From the NCBI GenBank assembly GCA_964036045.1, contig OZ038378.1, forward strand, positions 16,554,001 to 16,618,000: a stretch of DNA of 64,000 nt. Reading direction: 5' to 3'. A program made the position numbers and the translations under genes. The DNA is from Eutreptiella sp. 'Long Island Sound 2002' (lineage: Eukaryota; Protista; Euglenida). Below the pieces are notes generated by a model. It made no database searches and was not told the origin of the DNA. It saw only the letters and a list, made by a program, of their open reading frames with translations. This document shows, in pieces, positions 32,611 through 44,100 of this stretch; positions within the stretch are counted from its first letter, which is position 1; every line of letters starts with the position of its first letter.

Positions 32611-33322
32611 ACCACTTCCTGCCTCCCTTAACCCCGGCTGGCTGCCTGAGTATCTTGGCCACATCCGGCGGCTTCAGTGGAGGGGCCGCTCACGTGGCTG
32701 CTGTGCTCCAAGGCTTGCAGCCGCAGCTGGCAATGGCTGTGGGAGTTTTACTGGCCGGCACTCCTGCTGGCTCAGAAGCGGCGTCCACTTCCTTGCTTAA
32801 GCAACCCGTTAGGGCCACCCACTGCGAAGTCGCGCGACGACGACTCCACAGGAGCCACACACCATCGCACTGCTCGTGGCCGGGTGGTCACAGTGGCCAG
32901 GGGGTACAGAAGGTCTAGCTGGCCGGTAATATGGCCGGCTCAGAGATCTCTTACTTTCCCACGCCTGCTCACTGTGAAGCCATGTGACGCTGGCTCCAAC
33001 GCACCACCTAGCATTGCACTGCTCGCGGTTGGGTGGGCAGCATGTCACCTCGCCACCATGTCACTATGTCACCATGTCACCATGACTCCATGTCGCCATG
33101 TCACCATGTCACCACGGCAGCCACTTGCACTTTCCAGGTGGCTGTCAATGAAATAGCGCTCTGTCCACGTACAACGCCACTTCCTCCGTTCGTTTGCGCT
33201 GCTTGCACTACCTTGTGAAGTGGAACAGTAGAAAGAAATGCAAAGGCACTTGGTCCCTGACTTGTCATAGTTTACGTGCCAAATACAATACAAGGACAAT
33301 GGACGCAGTGGGTCGGGGCTGG

Positions 33323-33505
33323 GTGGTAGTAGTGGTACTAGTGGTAGTAGTGGTAGTAGTACTAGTCCTGGTAGTAGTGGCTATAGCGGAAGTAGTGGTG
33401 GTAGTGGTAGTAGTGGTAGTAGTGGTAGTAGTGGTAGCAGTGGTAGTAGTGGTAGTAGTGGTAGTAGTGGTAGTAGTTGTAGTAGTGGTAGTAGTCGTGG
33501 TAGCG
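33323..33505. repeat. (GTA/GTG)n microsatellite
   Basis: Direct reading. Confidence 0.95.
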
Positions 33506-33759
33506 GAGCAGTGGAGTAGCGGAGGGGATCCCTTGTAACGTTGGGTGTGAACTGTTCCGCCCCAGAGATACACAGATTCGTCATGCGGGCCCCTATCCCG
33601 ACCCCCTGTCTTTCCTTCTTCCCGTGTTTTTCTCAGACAGGTTTGCTTCGCTACTCTCGGTGCTCCGTTGCTCTCCCTTGACCATCAACGCGCAATGCAC
33701 CACCTGTGCTCTGGATTGTTGAACACATTGTCGAAGACAAGTGTAGCATCTCGACATGC

Positions 33760-33995
33760 TGTGGCACCCGCTGGGCATGCCTGCCATTTGTGGGCACCTA
33801 CAGCTACACTCGGGCACCTGCTGACCATGCCTGCCATGTGTGGGCACCTGCAGCACCACTCCGGTTGGATACATGCACCCGCCATGTGTGGGCACCTGGA
33901 GCTCCACTCAGGCACCTGCAGCCCATGCCCGCCATGTGTGGGCACCTCCACCACCACTCAGGCACCTGGAGACATGCGCCCGCCATGTGTGGACA
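33760..33995. repeat. Minisatellite, ~5 x 48 bp, core GCCATGTGTGGGCACCT
   Basis: The core recurs near 33782, 33833, 33881, 33931 and 33982. Confidence 0.9.
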
Positions 33996-34338
33996 CTCGT
34001 TGCACGTGAGACGGAAAGGGCAGTGCCGGACTTTTAATCTGTCGTTATCAACCAGAAATTGACGAACACTGCACGAAATCGCAGGCCTGTGGAGGCCTCT
34101 GGAGACCACAGGCAGCATCTCACAGGAGGCAACGGCTCGACAAACAAACGTCGAGAGCGTTGCCACGCCGCAATCTGCAGCCCGGGCACGACAGCGCAAG
34201 AAAAGCATGGCCATGGACAGTGACTACTTTCACTTCAGGCATATATAGAAGCGCGTGGACACGGCAAGCATGGACACTGTACGCGTCAATGGGGGTGGGG
34301 GTGCTTGCATTAAGGGAACATCTATTTCTGAGATCCTG

Positions 34339-34949
34339 TCAGAGAGGATCCTTGACATCTAGACTAATCCCCTTTTTCTTGAGATAGTCCAGCCACACCG
34401 TGGTATACCTCGGCACAAAACTGCTCGGAGGCTCCCACGAGTCTCGCCAAGCGGCAAATCCTTTCCAACGAACCTTGTACAGCCTCCCCCCCGGCGTGGT
34501 GGGGTCCGGCTTGTCCGTTAGGATGCGCTCCGCGGTGTAGTCATCCTCCTCACCGTCATCGTCGGAGTCCACAGTCCCGTCTCATCACCATGGTCTCAGC
34601 GGCGGTGTCTGGTGTTGGCCGGCCATCCTTTATCTGCACCTTTGCGGCCTCCCTTGCCCTGCTGAAAGCCGCGTTGGGGCTCTCTATATCCTTTTCTAGT
34701 CCCTGTCAAACACACGACTCCGGCACCTTCTGAACGACAGCCAACCATTCTGGACCTTGCAGCCGAGAATCTTTTTCCGATCTGTGTATGACAGCCCATT
34801 ATTGGTTCCTACACACATACACAATGCACGACTCATATTTAGCACCAGGGGCGTGGCTGAGTGCCTCGTAAGGGGCAACACCAGCACCAAATTCTCTGTG
34901 CTTGCCAGTGCACAAGAATGTCGACGTGAAGCCTCCAACCCATCCCCAC
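34339..34949 (-). mobile_element. Second chromovirus relic: integrase tail plus well-preserved chromodomain
   Basis: YTAERILTDKPDPTTPGGRLYKVRWKGFAAWRDSWEP is a canonical chromodomain. Upstream lies a decayed WAVIHRSEKDSRLQGPEWLAVVQK (GPY/F-like) segment. Confidence 0.8.
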
Positions 34950-35908
34950 TGAAGCAGATTCCAAAGGGGGGGGGTGTCCTCTCTAGGTTTCAGTTTTACT
35001 CACCCTAAAAAAGGTTTTCAAACCTACACCCTTCCAAGTCCACACCCCTTGTCCCACCCTTGGTCATGCAAGCGCAAAAGAATGCAATTACATGTGTTAC
35101 AAATAAATCTAAGAGGTTACCCACCTCTCAGTCAGTCCTGAAATCAGAGATAAACAATAATAAATAATGAGTTAAGGGTCAAGGAGCAGTAGTAAGTCGC
35201 AAACCTACTCCATGGTTAGGGTAAGGCTCAAGTAGGCAAAAAAATCGCATAAAAATCAGTCAAAGCGACGACGTCACGTTGCCGTAGTCCAGAAAAGCGA
35301 CGCCGTTCGACGCGTCGGGTGCAGCTCAGGACTGTCGTCAGGGTAGGGGGGCAGTCCTGAGGGTCAGGGCACTGAAAAACAGTGCAATAGAGCCATTTTG
35401 GCCCAAAAAACAACTTTTTCGCGTTGCTCCCCCCTCGACGCGTCGATGCCGTTACACGTCCCCTTGAGGCGCAACTACAGTATGTGTGCACACACTGAGT
35501 GTTGCACTACAATATGTGTTTATGACTTATTCCTAAAAGCGATCTAGCGATTTTATACAAAATCGACAACTAGCCCTCTAACGCAAAATTTGACCCGCAC
35601 GGATCCGCGCCGGCTTGATGCCGTACGATGCGGATATTCTTAAAATTAATATTCCTACAAGTAAAACTATTAAACTCTGAAAAAATCGAGAAATAAATTG
35701 TTAAGTTTTCTCAGAAACACAGGCGACGGCAACAGTCGTCGCTCGCGCACACGCACAGAAAACAGGGTTTTCAGGGTTAGAAACCGGCATTTTTGGGCCA
35801 AAAAATTCAGTGGGATATAGTTCTGGCCTTGCCCTGGGTTCTTCTAGCCTATTGGCCAACCAAAACCTGAAATTCTGACCCTAGTATGAGGGGTAGGGAC
35901 CCCCATAC
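34950..35908. repeat. Long direct repeat copy 1 (~960 bp)
   Basis: TGAAGCAGATTCCAAAGGGGGGGG...GGGGTAGGGACCCCCATAC is near-identical to 37206-38164, with about ten differences seen by eye. Confidence 0.95.
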
Positions 35909-36528
35909 GCATCACCACCCTCCCTAAGAGGTTGCTGCAGCTCCAAGAAAGCAACCTCTGACCATCAGGAAGGGGCAGGAAGTAGTCTGGTACAGAAAAA
36001 TGGTTAACAGTGTAACCAGGAAATTATCCTGAGGTGAAAAACAGTAAACAATGACATCAGAAAAAAATTCTGGCGTAAAATCTGAGGGATTTCGGAGGCT
36101 AGGCACTAGCTGCAGCAGGAAACAGGGCGCCACGCATGGGCTATTGAACTGGCCGATGAAGGCCTGCCCTGAAGCTGCAAATGCCTGCCCCACTTAGGGG
36201 TGGAGGGCTGAAAATTGGCTCTCTTTCACAGAAAAAAATCAGTAAAAACTGTAAAAAAACCGAGAGAGTAAAGTACAGAGAGTCCTGCCAACGGGTGCCT
36301 AATGAGGGCACAGAGGACCGTCCCTGCGGACAGGTGCCAGAGGCACACAGGGAGCTGAAACAATAGAAAAAAACAGCAATATCAGGGTAAAATTTTCCGA
36401 AAAAATTCAGGAAAAAATCTGTAGCGCGAAGCATATCTATTTACAGCGCAAAGCATGTAAAGAAAAAAATCTGCAGCGCGAAGCATGCAAAATCTGCAGC
36501 GCAGAGCATGCAGAAAATTCAGGAACAA

Positions 36529-37116
36529 CTATTTATTTAAACAATTATGCCGAACTAGAGAGCGTAACCAATCCCAGGGCCACTTTGGCCTCAAACCAGG
36601 CATCCAAGGATGTCTCCTCCGCTCTTGGTCGTCGTCTAGACTTCCTGAAGGACTGTAAGCGACGGCGTCGCAGGCCTTTGTCTTGTGGGGGTCGCTGGAT
36701 TCGTCATCGCTGCTGCTGGAGGCGGCGGGGGCGCAGCTCCGGGTCTGGGCTTCCACAGCTCTGAACATCCGGGGTGTTCGCGGACTCCTTCTCCTTGGTG
36801 GGGCTTTGCCGGCCTGGCTGTCGCAGAGGTCGTCGCTGGTGTCGCTGGCGTCATCTCTGCGGCTTGCTCCAGGCTCTGGGCTCTCTCCTCGGTGGTATGC
36901 CGCGCGCTGCTCCACCCAGTTTTCGTACCGCTCGTTGGAGGAGCGGCTGGACCGGGGCGACTGCAGCGCCTCAGCGGAGTCTTCGATCCACGGCGGCGTA
37001 GAGGGTGATCGGCGGCGGCTGGCAGTCCCAGGCTCAGGGTCGCTGTTGCTGGCGCTGTCGCTGCTGCAACTTGGCCCTGCGACGCATCCCACGTAAGCCT
37101 CCTCGTCGGTAGACAT
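36529..37116 (-). CDS. Intact 195-aa Ser/Asp/Arg-rich disordered protein between the long direct repeats
   Basis: ATG-to-stop GC-rich ORF (MSTDEEAYVGC...) in AT-rich flanks; SDxx and SP/RRRSP motifs. Confidence 0.55.
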   Translation of the reverse strand: MSTDEEAYVGCVAGPSCSSDSASNSDPEPGTASRRRSPSTPPWIEDSAEALQSPRSSRSSNERYENWVEQRAAYHRGESPEPGASRRDDASDTSDDLCDSQAGKAPPRRRSPRTPRMFRAVEAQTRSCAPAASSSSDDESSDPHKTKACDAVAYSPSGSLDDDQERRRHPWMPGLRPKWPWDWLRSLVRHNCLNK

Positions 37117-37205
37117 GAAGAGGCGGGCTGCTGGAGAGGTGGGCCTTACTCATGGACACCCCAATAGATTCGTGTCCATGAGCAAGATGGGTTTTAGATT
37201 TATTT

Positions 37206-38164
37206 TGAAGCAGATTCCAAAGGGGGGGGGTGTCCTCTCTAGGTTTCAGTTTTACTCACCCTAAAAAGAGTTTTCAAACCTACAGCCCTCCAAGTCCACA
37301 CCCCTTGTCCCACCCTTGGTCATGCAAGCGCAAAAGAATGCAATTACATGTGTTACAAATAAATCTAAGAGGTTACCCACCTCTCAGTCAGTCCTGAAAT
37401 CAGAGATAAACAATAATAAATAATGAGGTAAGGGTCAAGGAGCAGTAGTAAGTCGCAAACCTACTCCATGGTTAGGGTAAGGCTCAAGTAGGCAAAAAAA
37501 TCGCATAAAAATCAGTCAAAGCGACGACGTCACGTTGCCGTAGTCCAGAAAAGCGACGCCGTTCGACGCGTCGGGTGCAGCTCAGGACTGTCGTCAGGGT
37601 AGGGGGGCAGTCCTGAGGGTCAGGGCACTGAAAAACAGTGCAATAGAGCCATTTTGGCCCAAAAAACAACTTTTTCGCGTTGCTCCCCTCTCGACGCGTC
37701 GATGCCGTTACACGTCCCCTTGAGGCGCAACTACAATATGTGTGCACACACTGAGTGTTGCACTACAATATGTGTTTATGACTTATTCCTAAAAGCGATC
37801 TAGCGATTTTATACAAAATCGACAACTAGCCCTCTAACGCAAAATTTGACCCGCACGGATCCGCGCCGGCTTGATGCCGTACGATGCGGATATTCTTAAA
37901 ATTCATATTCCTACAAGTAAAACTATTAAACTCTGAAAAAATCGAGTAATAAATTGTTAAGTTTTCTCAGAAACACAGGCGACGGCAACAGTCGTCGCTC
38001 GCGCACACGCACAGAAAACAGGGTTTTCAGGGTTAGAAACCGGCTTTTTTGGGCCAAAAAATTCAGTGGGATATAGTTCTGGCCTTGCCCTGGGTTCTTC
38101 TAGCCTATTGGCCAACCAAAACCTGAAATTCTGACCCTAGTATGAGGGGTAGGGACCCCCATAC
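37206..38164. repeat. Long direct repeat copy 2 (~960 bp)
   Basis: See copy 1 at 34950-35908. Confidence 0.95.
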
Positions 38165-38169
38165 ACATA

Positions 38170-41100
38170 ACCACCACCCAAGCGCTGAATCCCACATGCC
38201 AACAACAACTTCAGCCTGGCCAGATCGCCCTGTGGCAACGGGAACCCTAATGGGGTAGGGCCAAAAATCAATGCAGGCACAGACGGCCCAAAGCAGCCTA
38301 GCTGGAATGCTCCAGTACGGGCTTGGGGCAACCATTGTTATGCGCGGTTCCGGGGCAAGACTGTGCTCCTCATATGCAGATGCTGGGACCCAAGCATACA
38401 GTGTTGCCAACGCGGCGCGCTGGCTCTCATTTCCACTCGGCTCCACTGTACAGACCGTTTTGATCACATGGACGCAGAAAACGGGCACTGGCACAGTGAG
38501 AAGGTGCCCCAACCGCGCGATGCATTCCTTGTCAGGGCAGACACCCCATACGGGCCACCAACCAAAACTGGAGGCTCCCATTTCCACAGCGTGCGCGAAC
38601 TGCTGCACATCGCACCATTGAATCACAACATCACCTTTCCACCCCGGCAGCTCTACCCCCCTTGATACCTTGTTGAGAGTCACACCGTGCTTGGCATACA
38701 ACCACCCGCCAATTTGCAGTTCCGCACATTGCATTGTAGGGCGGTTCCGCATGTTGTACTCCTGGGTTGCGCCAGTGTGCCAGCCACAGCCCTCACATAC
38801 ACCTTCACCCTCTGGTCTAACATACAGATCTTTGGTGCAGTCAAATTTTGAAGAGAGGAGAGCATGGGCGAGCTGGGACGGGTGTAGGGAGGCCTATTTC
38901 CACAAGCTTGCCAGGTCCTTGCTTGTGGACCACACCAGCCAGAAGGGCATGGGCGACTTTCGTTCATTGGTGGTGCTACGTGGCACATGTTCCCATACGT
39001 ACGCCTTTCGCACCGCTTGTTTGACGTCCACAACTCCTTTGCCTTGCATTCTAAGGACCACTGTGTGCCCATCAATCCACGACTCCGGGAGATCCCATGG
39101 TTCATTTGAGATTAGGACGTGACGTTTGGCAGCGGAGTCAGCTTGCCTGTTCAACTTTAACAAAAACGTGTTTGCCAGTGTGTCGTGTTGTGCTAGGCAC
39201 CAGCCAAGCATGACGCAGAATTCAAGTGTCAATAGGGTCGCTTTGGCCCACAGTGTGGCCTCGTACGTGCACCTGTCAGGTTCAGTGTGACCTGCGAGCA
39301 TGAGGGCAACCTGTAGGTTGTCACATCAGCCCCACACCCTGAGCTGTCTCCGTGTACCAGCCAATGCAGAGTAGACAGCCTGGACTCCTTGAAGGACTGC
39401 TGTCGCTTCAATTAGGGTGGTGGATGCAGCACAAGCTCGGCATTGTGCGCCCATGCACGCTAACTGCTGCCTGTCACATGTGGCAAAAACAAACCCTAAG
39501 CTCCACATGCTTTGTGACTCGTTGGCGCTTGTGTCCGCAATGAGAAATGGAAATGTAGTGGTAGCAGTGGTAGTAGTGGTAGTAGTGGTAGTAGTGGTAG
39601 TAGTGGTAGTAGTGGTAGTAGTGGTAGTAGTGGTAGTAGTGGTAGTCGTGGTAGTGGTAGTAGTAGTCGTAGTGTTAGGGATCGGATCGGATCGGATGTC
39701 GGAACACTGACTGCCCTAGACCCCTGGTGTTTGTGCCCTGCTAGTCGGCGTTCCCCTCCCTTGTCCGTCGCGGCCCGTGGTGCTGCTACTTGGATTCTAA
39801 TCATCCTTTGGGCTATGCCGTGCCTTCTGGTAGCGCCATGATATTACGCGATGGGGTTGCCTTTGCTGTTTTCTCAAACTCATGAACACCTGCATCCATA
39901 CCTCACGTCATCCCAAGAGAGAGGCATGGGCAGGCATAGGTGCTCATCGAATGCATCCTATCCGATATTCTCTTGTGACTGCATGAGACACAACGCGCCC
40001 ATAAGCACAATGTGCACCCCTGAGCTGCCACTGATTGGTGGAGTCTTTCATGTGAAACAGGTTCTCCGCACGGTGGACACACATTGAGGAAGGCCGACGG
40101 AACATCACTGCCTACGAGCAGGAAATATGGAGGGAAGGAGGCCGGCCACACTAACTTATTCGACCAACAACCGGCATCACGACTCGAGAGCCATTGCTCA
40201 GTGGCGCACCTCCTTGGAACTTGCACTCACCGGGGAGTGATGATATAGGCACTCCGTGCATGCATGCTTAGGCAAGAATTCTCTGACTGCCTGTCTGACT
40301 ATAGTGTTCCCTTAATGTGTGGATTGCAAGCATCACCATTGCCATCCTTTGCCACCCCTCCAGTCTTGATCTTGGGGCCCATGGTATCTTCCCTTGTAAC
40401 GGGGGCGGTCACGTTCCTGCCCCCTGTCCTGGTTGTGATCTCCACCTTTACCACCCCATCCACGACCTGCAAGAGGTTTAACCCACAGTACTCAGCGCAC
40501 AGAGCAGCGTGGACCACCACTGTTCTGCCAGTGGTGCCCTGGCAGCCATGACTACCTCAATCCCAGCACTCATAGGCGCGCGCCGCTGCAAGACACCCCC
40601 CCCCCCTTTGGGTGAGACCACTGTGGGGCAGGGGGAGAATGCCCTCAGCGGACCAGTATGCTGCAGAACACTGGGCACACAATTTGCACGGCACGGCCCG
40701 AGCTAGTGAGGCAGGACACATATGGAGGAGCTGCACCGAGGACATAGGGCTGGCTACACGTGGGTACAACACACACTAGCTTCGGTTGGGCCCCATCTTG
40801 CTGATGCGCTAAACCCAACTTCGGACTAGGGCACACAGTCATTAGTGCCCACACCACTGACGCACGCATCTCCATTCCGTGGTAGTCACTAGGGCAGGGG
40901 GCAGTTGCACAGGGTATGCTGCACATCCACTTGGCAACGTTCTCCCATGCAAGTAAGCCTCCGAAGGGCGGGGCTTCTGGCCAGCATTGGGGTGGCAACA
41001 TGAGGTGGCCACAACACTGCAGGATCAGGCTCGGTGCCCCCAACCCAGACATGGACAGGAGAGAATCTAGCCGAGAAACAATGTGCGATGGGGGCACGCA

Positions 41101-44100
41101 AGCAAGGTATAGGGGCAAAGTGGGGGGGCTCACCGACATGTAATGAACATGCGCATGCTCTGGGGTTGGCCACGTGATTAATAGCTCGGGACATGCAGCC
41201 TTGGGCAGCAGGAGACCCGCCAGGCACGTCTCGACCAACACCCCCGGCAGGGCCCTGCGGGTCAGCAGGTCCGCAATGACTACTATGAGGTCCAGAACCT
41301 TGATGAGCATTGCAGGACATTCCACATACCGGTGGCGGAGACTGCAGCTAAAAGCACCCAGACATCGCTGGCAGACCCCGTCCCCCTCTTACCCCAAGTA
41401 TTCAGGCTGCAAGTTGCGGTAAAATGCCACCAGCAGGGTGGCCGCTTTTTAGGCTAGGTGCAGCATCTTTGCGGCTCTCCACCACCCGGCCACGGCCTAA
41501 ATGGTATCGTTTGACTATTTTGGCTGCATCACGGCCCCGGAACACGGAGATACGAGCACAGATCAATGAATCGGGCCCACTATCTGGTGCCAACATCGTC
41601 CTTTTGCTACTTTGGTTGCGTTACCAAATGAGGTCTATAAAACCTCGGATCCTGTCAGCCAAGACCTCAACACTCATATTGTCAATGGCAAGGGCTCAAG
41701 TGTTTTTGACACAACCAAGAGTGCCCACCGTGGCATCGCCCACTAGCTCGGACACGGGAATCCCGAGACGTGAACGAACTACTGCTAGATGAACCAGGTT
41801 GATGGCCATGGTGTAGAGCAGCGGATCCAAACCACCACCTTGCACAACTCCTCCTAGCTACTTTTACCCATCAGGCAAACCGTGGGCAGTCACAAGGAAG
41901 GTCAAGAAATTGGGTATTGACTCACCAACTGAGACAATGCTGTGGACAATTCTTGCTTCACACTCTGCAACTGCCGCTAGCACCAAATGTGAGATTTCGT
42001 CATAAGCACCCCCAAGAACGAGAAACAAGACTTGGACCGAGCCATACCGTGCTGGAGACTGCATGAGACACATATGGACTAGCCGACGAAGCGCATGCGC
42101 AGAAGCGCCCTTCTACCCTGCAAATTGACGCCCTTGAGACTTGTGTAGCGGGGCCACGGCTTGCTGCAGAAACAGGGCGTAGATTTTGGCCAGGATGTGG
42201 TACCGGGCAGACATCAGTTTGATCGGGCGGGTGTTGGGATTAATGTTGGGCCCTGGGGACTTGTACAACGTAAGGTGCAGTATATGCTAGGTCTTTGGCG
42301 GCCAAAGCCGGTAGGGCAGGCAAAAAAGACGAAGGGGACGGTGAGGCCCTTCACGCCCAATTGCTTCATCAGACTCCAGACAAAGCAATCCATTCCTCCG
42401 GTGGGGATGTAGCAAATGTAAAATGTGGAGAAATGAAAGAAGACTCCCCATAGAAACGAGACCACAACCTCCATACTTTTCTTTCCGAGACCAGCAATGC
42501 ACTCTTAATCGGATCATACCCCCACTGAGCTGGCATTGCGGCATTCCGCACAACACACTTGGTGACGGAAGAACCAACCCTGTCCACACAGCATGAGATC
42601 CAACATCCGATGTTGGGTTGGGCTATCCATGAGGGAATCCGTGCTCTGGACCTTCGCTCTGTGAGCCACCACCAAGCACTCCTCGTACATTTGCAACCAC
42701 ATGGCCGGCTTTGTGACACCGACTGCAAAATGCCTTGAATACATATGAAAATATTTGGCACCGATCAGCAGACATGCACGTCACCTCAACAGGACGCTTC
42801 ACTAAGCTGCACAACCGTCTAGCCAACGAGTTACTTCCTTGGACCACAACAAATGGATGATCACCGATAGGTTGAACCCAAGATCCCACTCGGTCAACTC
42901 CAATTTGCAGCACCACGTAGAAGTTCTTTGACCGACTGACAGACCCTTGCATGGCTACCACTCTAACCTCATGACGGTCTAGCAGTACTAGCGTGCCATG
43001 GTGCAACCGAACATCTCGATACCAATCTTCGCCCACTGCTAACCAGGCCCCTAATGAGCTCTTAATACACTGAAGAGTTTGAATGAGTTGGGACATGTAT
43101 TTGTCTGCTCCACACCGTTGCACCATGTGAGTGAACCCGACTATCTAGGTGATCCAGTTAGCTTGAAAATCTTCAAGCACAAATCGCTCGTCGTGGTGCC
43201 TCGAACGTTCACGATCCTTATCTCCACCACGTACCTTGGTGTAGAGAATGGGGGACGTGCGCGTAGTTCCGTTGCAAGTGGCTGCGGTGGCGGATTGTGC
43301 ATAGTTTACCACAAGGGCCCACCAAACCGCCACTCTTTCATGTAGACGTACTACCCTAAGGGGTAGCCTATGTGGGAACCAGTGCACTTGCCTTGGCATC
43401 TGGCTTGGAGGGGTCACCGGCCTACAAGGCAAGTGGCCCAGGGGGCCCTACGAGATAACGGGCCACGCTAGTCTAAAGTAGATGCGATGAATCCTTGCAG
43501 GGTGTAGACCCTCCAAGGATTCATCGCATGGGCTGTACACTAGTCCGGAGTGGTACCCAAAGGAGACCTAACCATCACAAGCAGGGCGTACACTTTGTCA
43601 AAGACAGCCACTATTCTGGAGGCCCACTAAACAACACCACATTTCGAGCCCTTGTCCTTTGGAGCTGCAGCTGGACTTAACATACTAGATTCCTTTAAGA
43701 TACCGAACTTTTGATTTTGTCGGAGCACCAAATGTCTCTTGAAGCGTCAGAAGGTCAACGCCACTTCATGCTTGCAACGACAAGACATCCTCCCACTTGG
43801 TGATTGACGTCTCAACTGTGCGGCTCAACCCTTGCATATTCACGGATATTAGGCAGAACGAAAGTGACTCAACACTCAGATTCTTTAGAATTTTGATACT
43901 CTTCCAAGCGCATACTTCGAGGAACTACGTTCTCCACAAAGGGCATGTCCCGTTCAGAAAGACAGAGATACTACTGCCCAACTCACAGTTTCTCCACTGA
44001 CATTTGACATATTGGACGGGCATAGCAAACTGAGCTGGGTCCCACTTGGTGATGTGGCATACCTCCTGCCACAAAGCACCCCAGTCTGTGGAGATCGTGT

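Noticed and set aside
35215-35225. Telomeric TTAGGG seeds (also 37471, 39675)
   Set aside because: Single hexamers, as expected by chance.
35300-35345. Hammerhead ribozyme in the long repeat (minus-strand CTGACGA)
   Set aside because: The required GAAA after stem II and the stem I/III pairing are absent.
34950-38164. Canonical LTR retrotransposon
   Set aside because: It begins with TG, but no matching TSD, PBS, PPT or gag/pol motif was found. It is retained only as an unclassified composite element.
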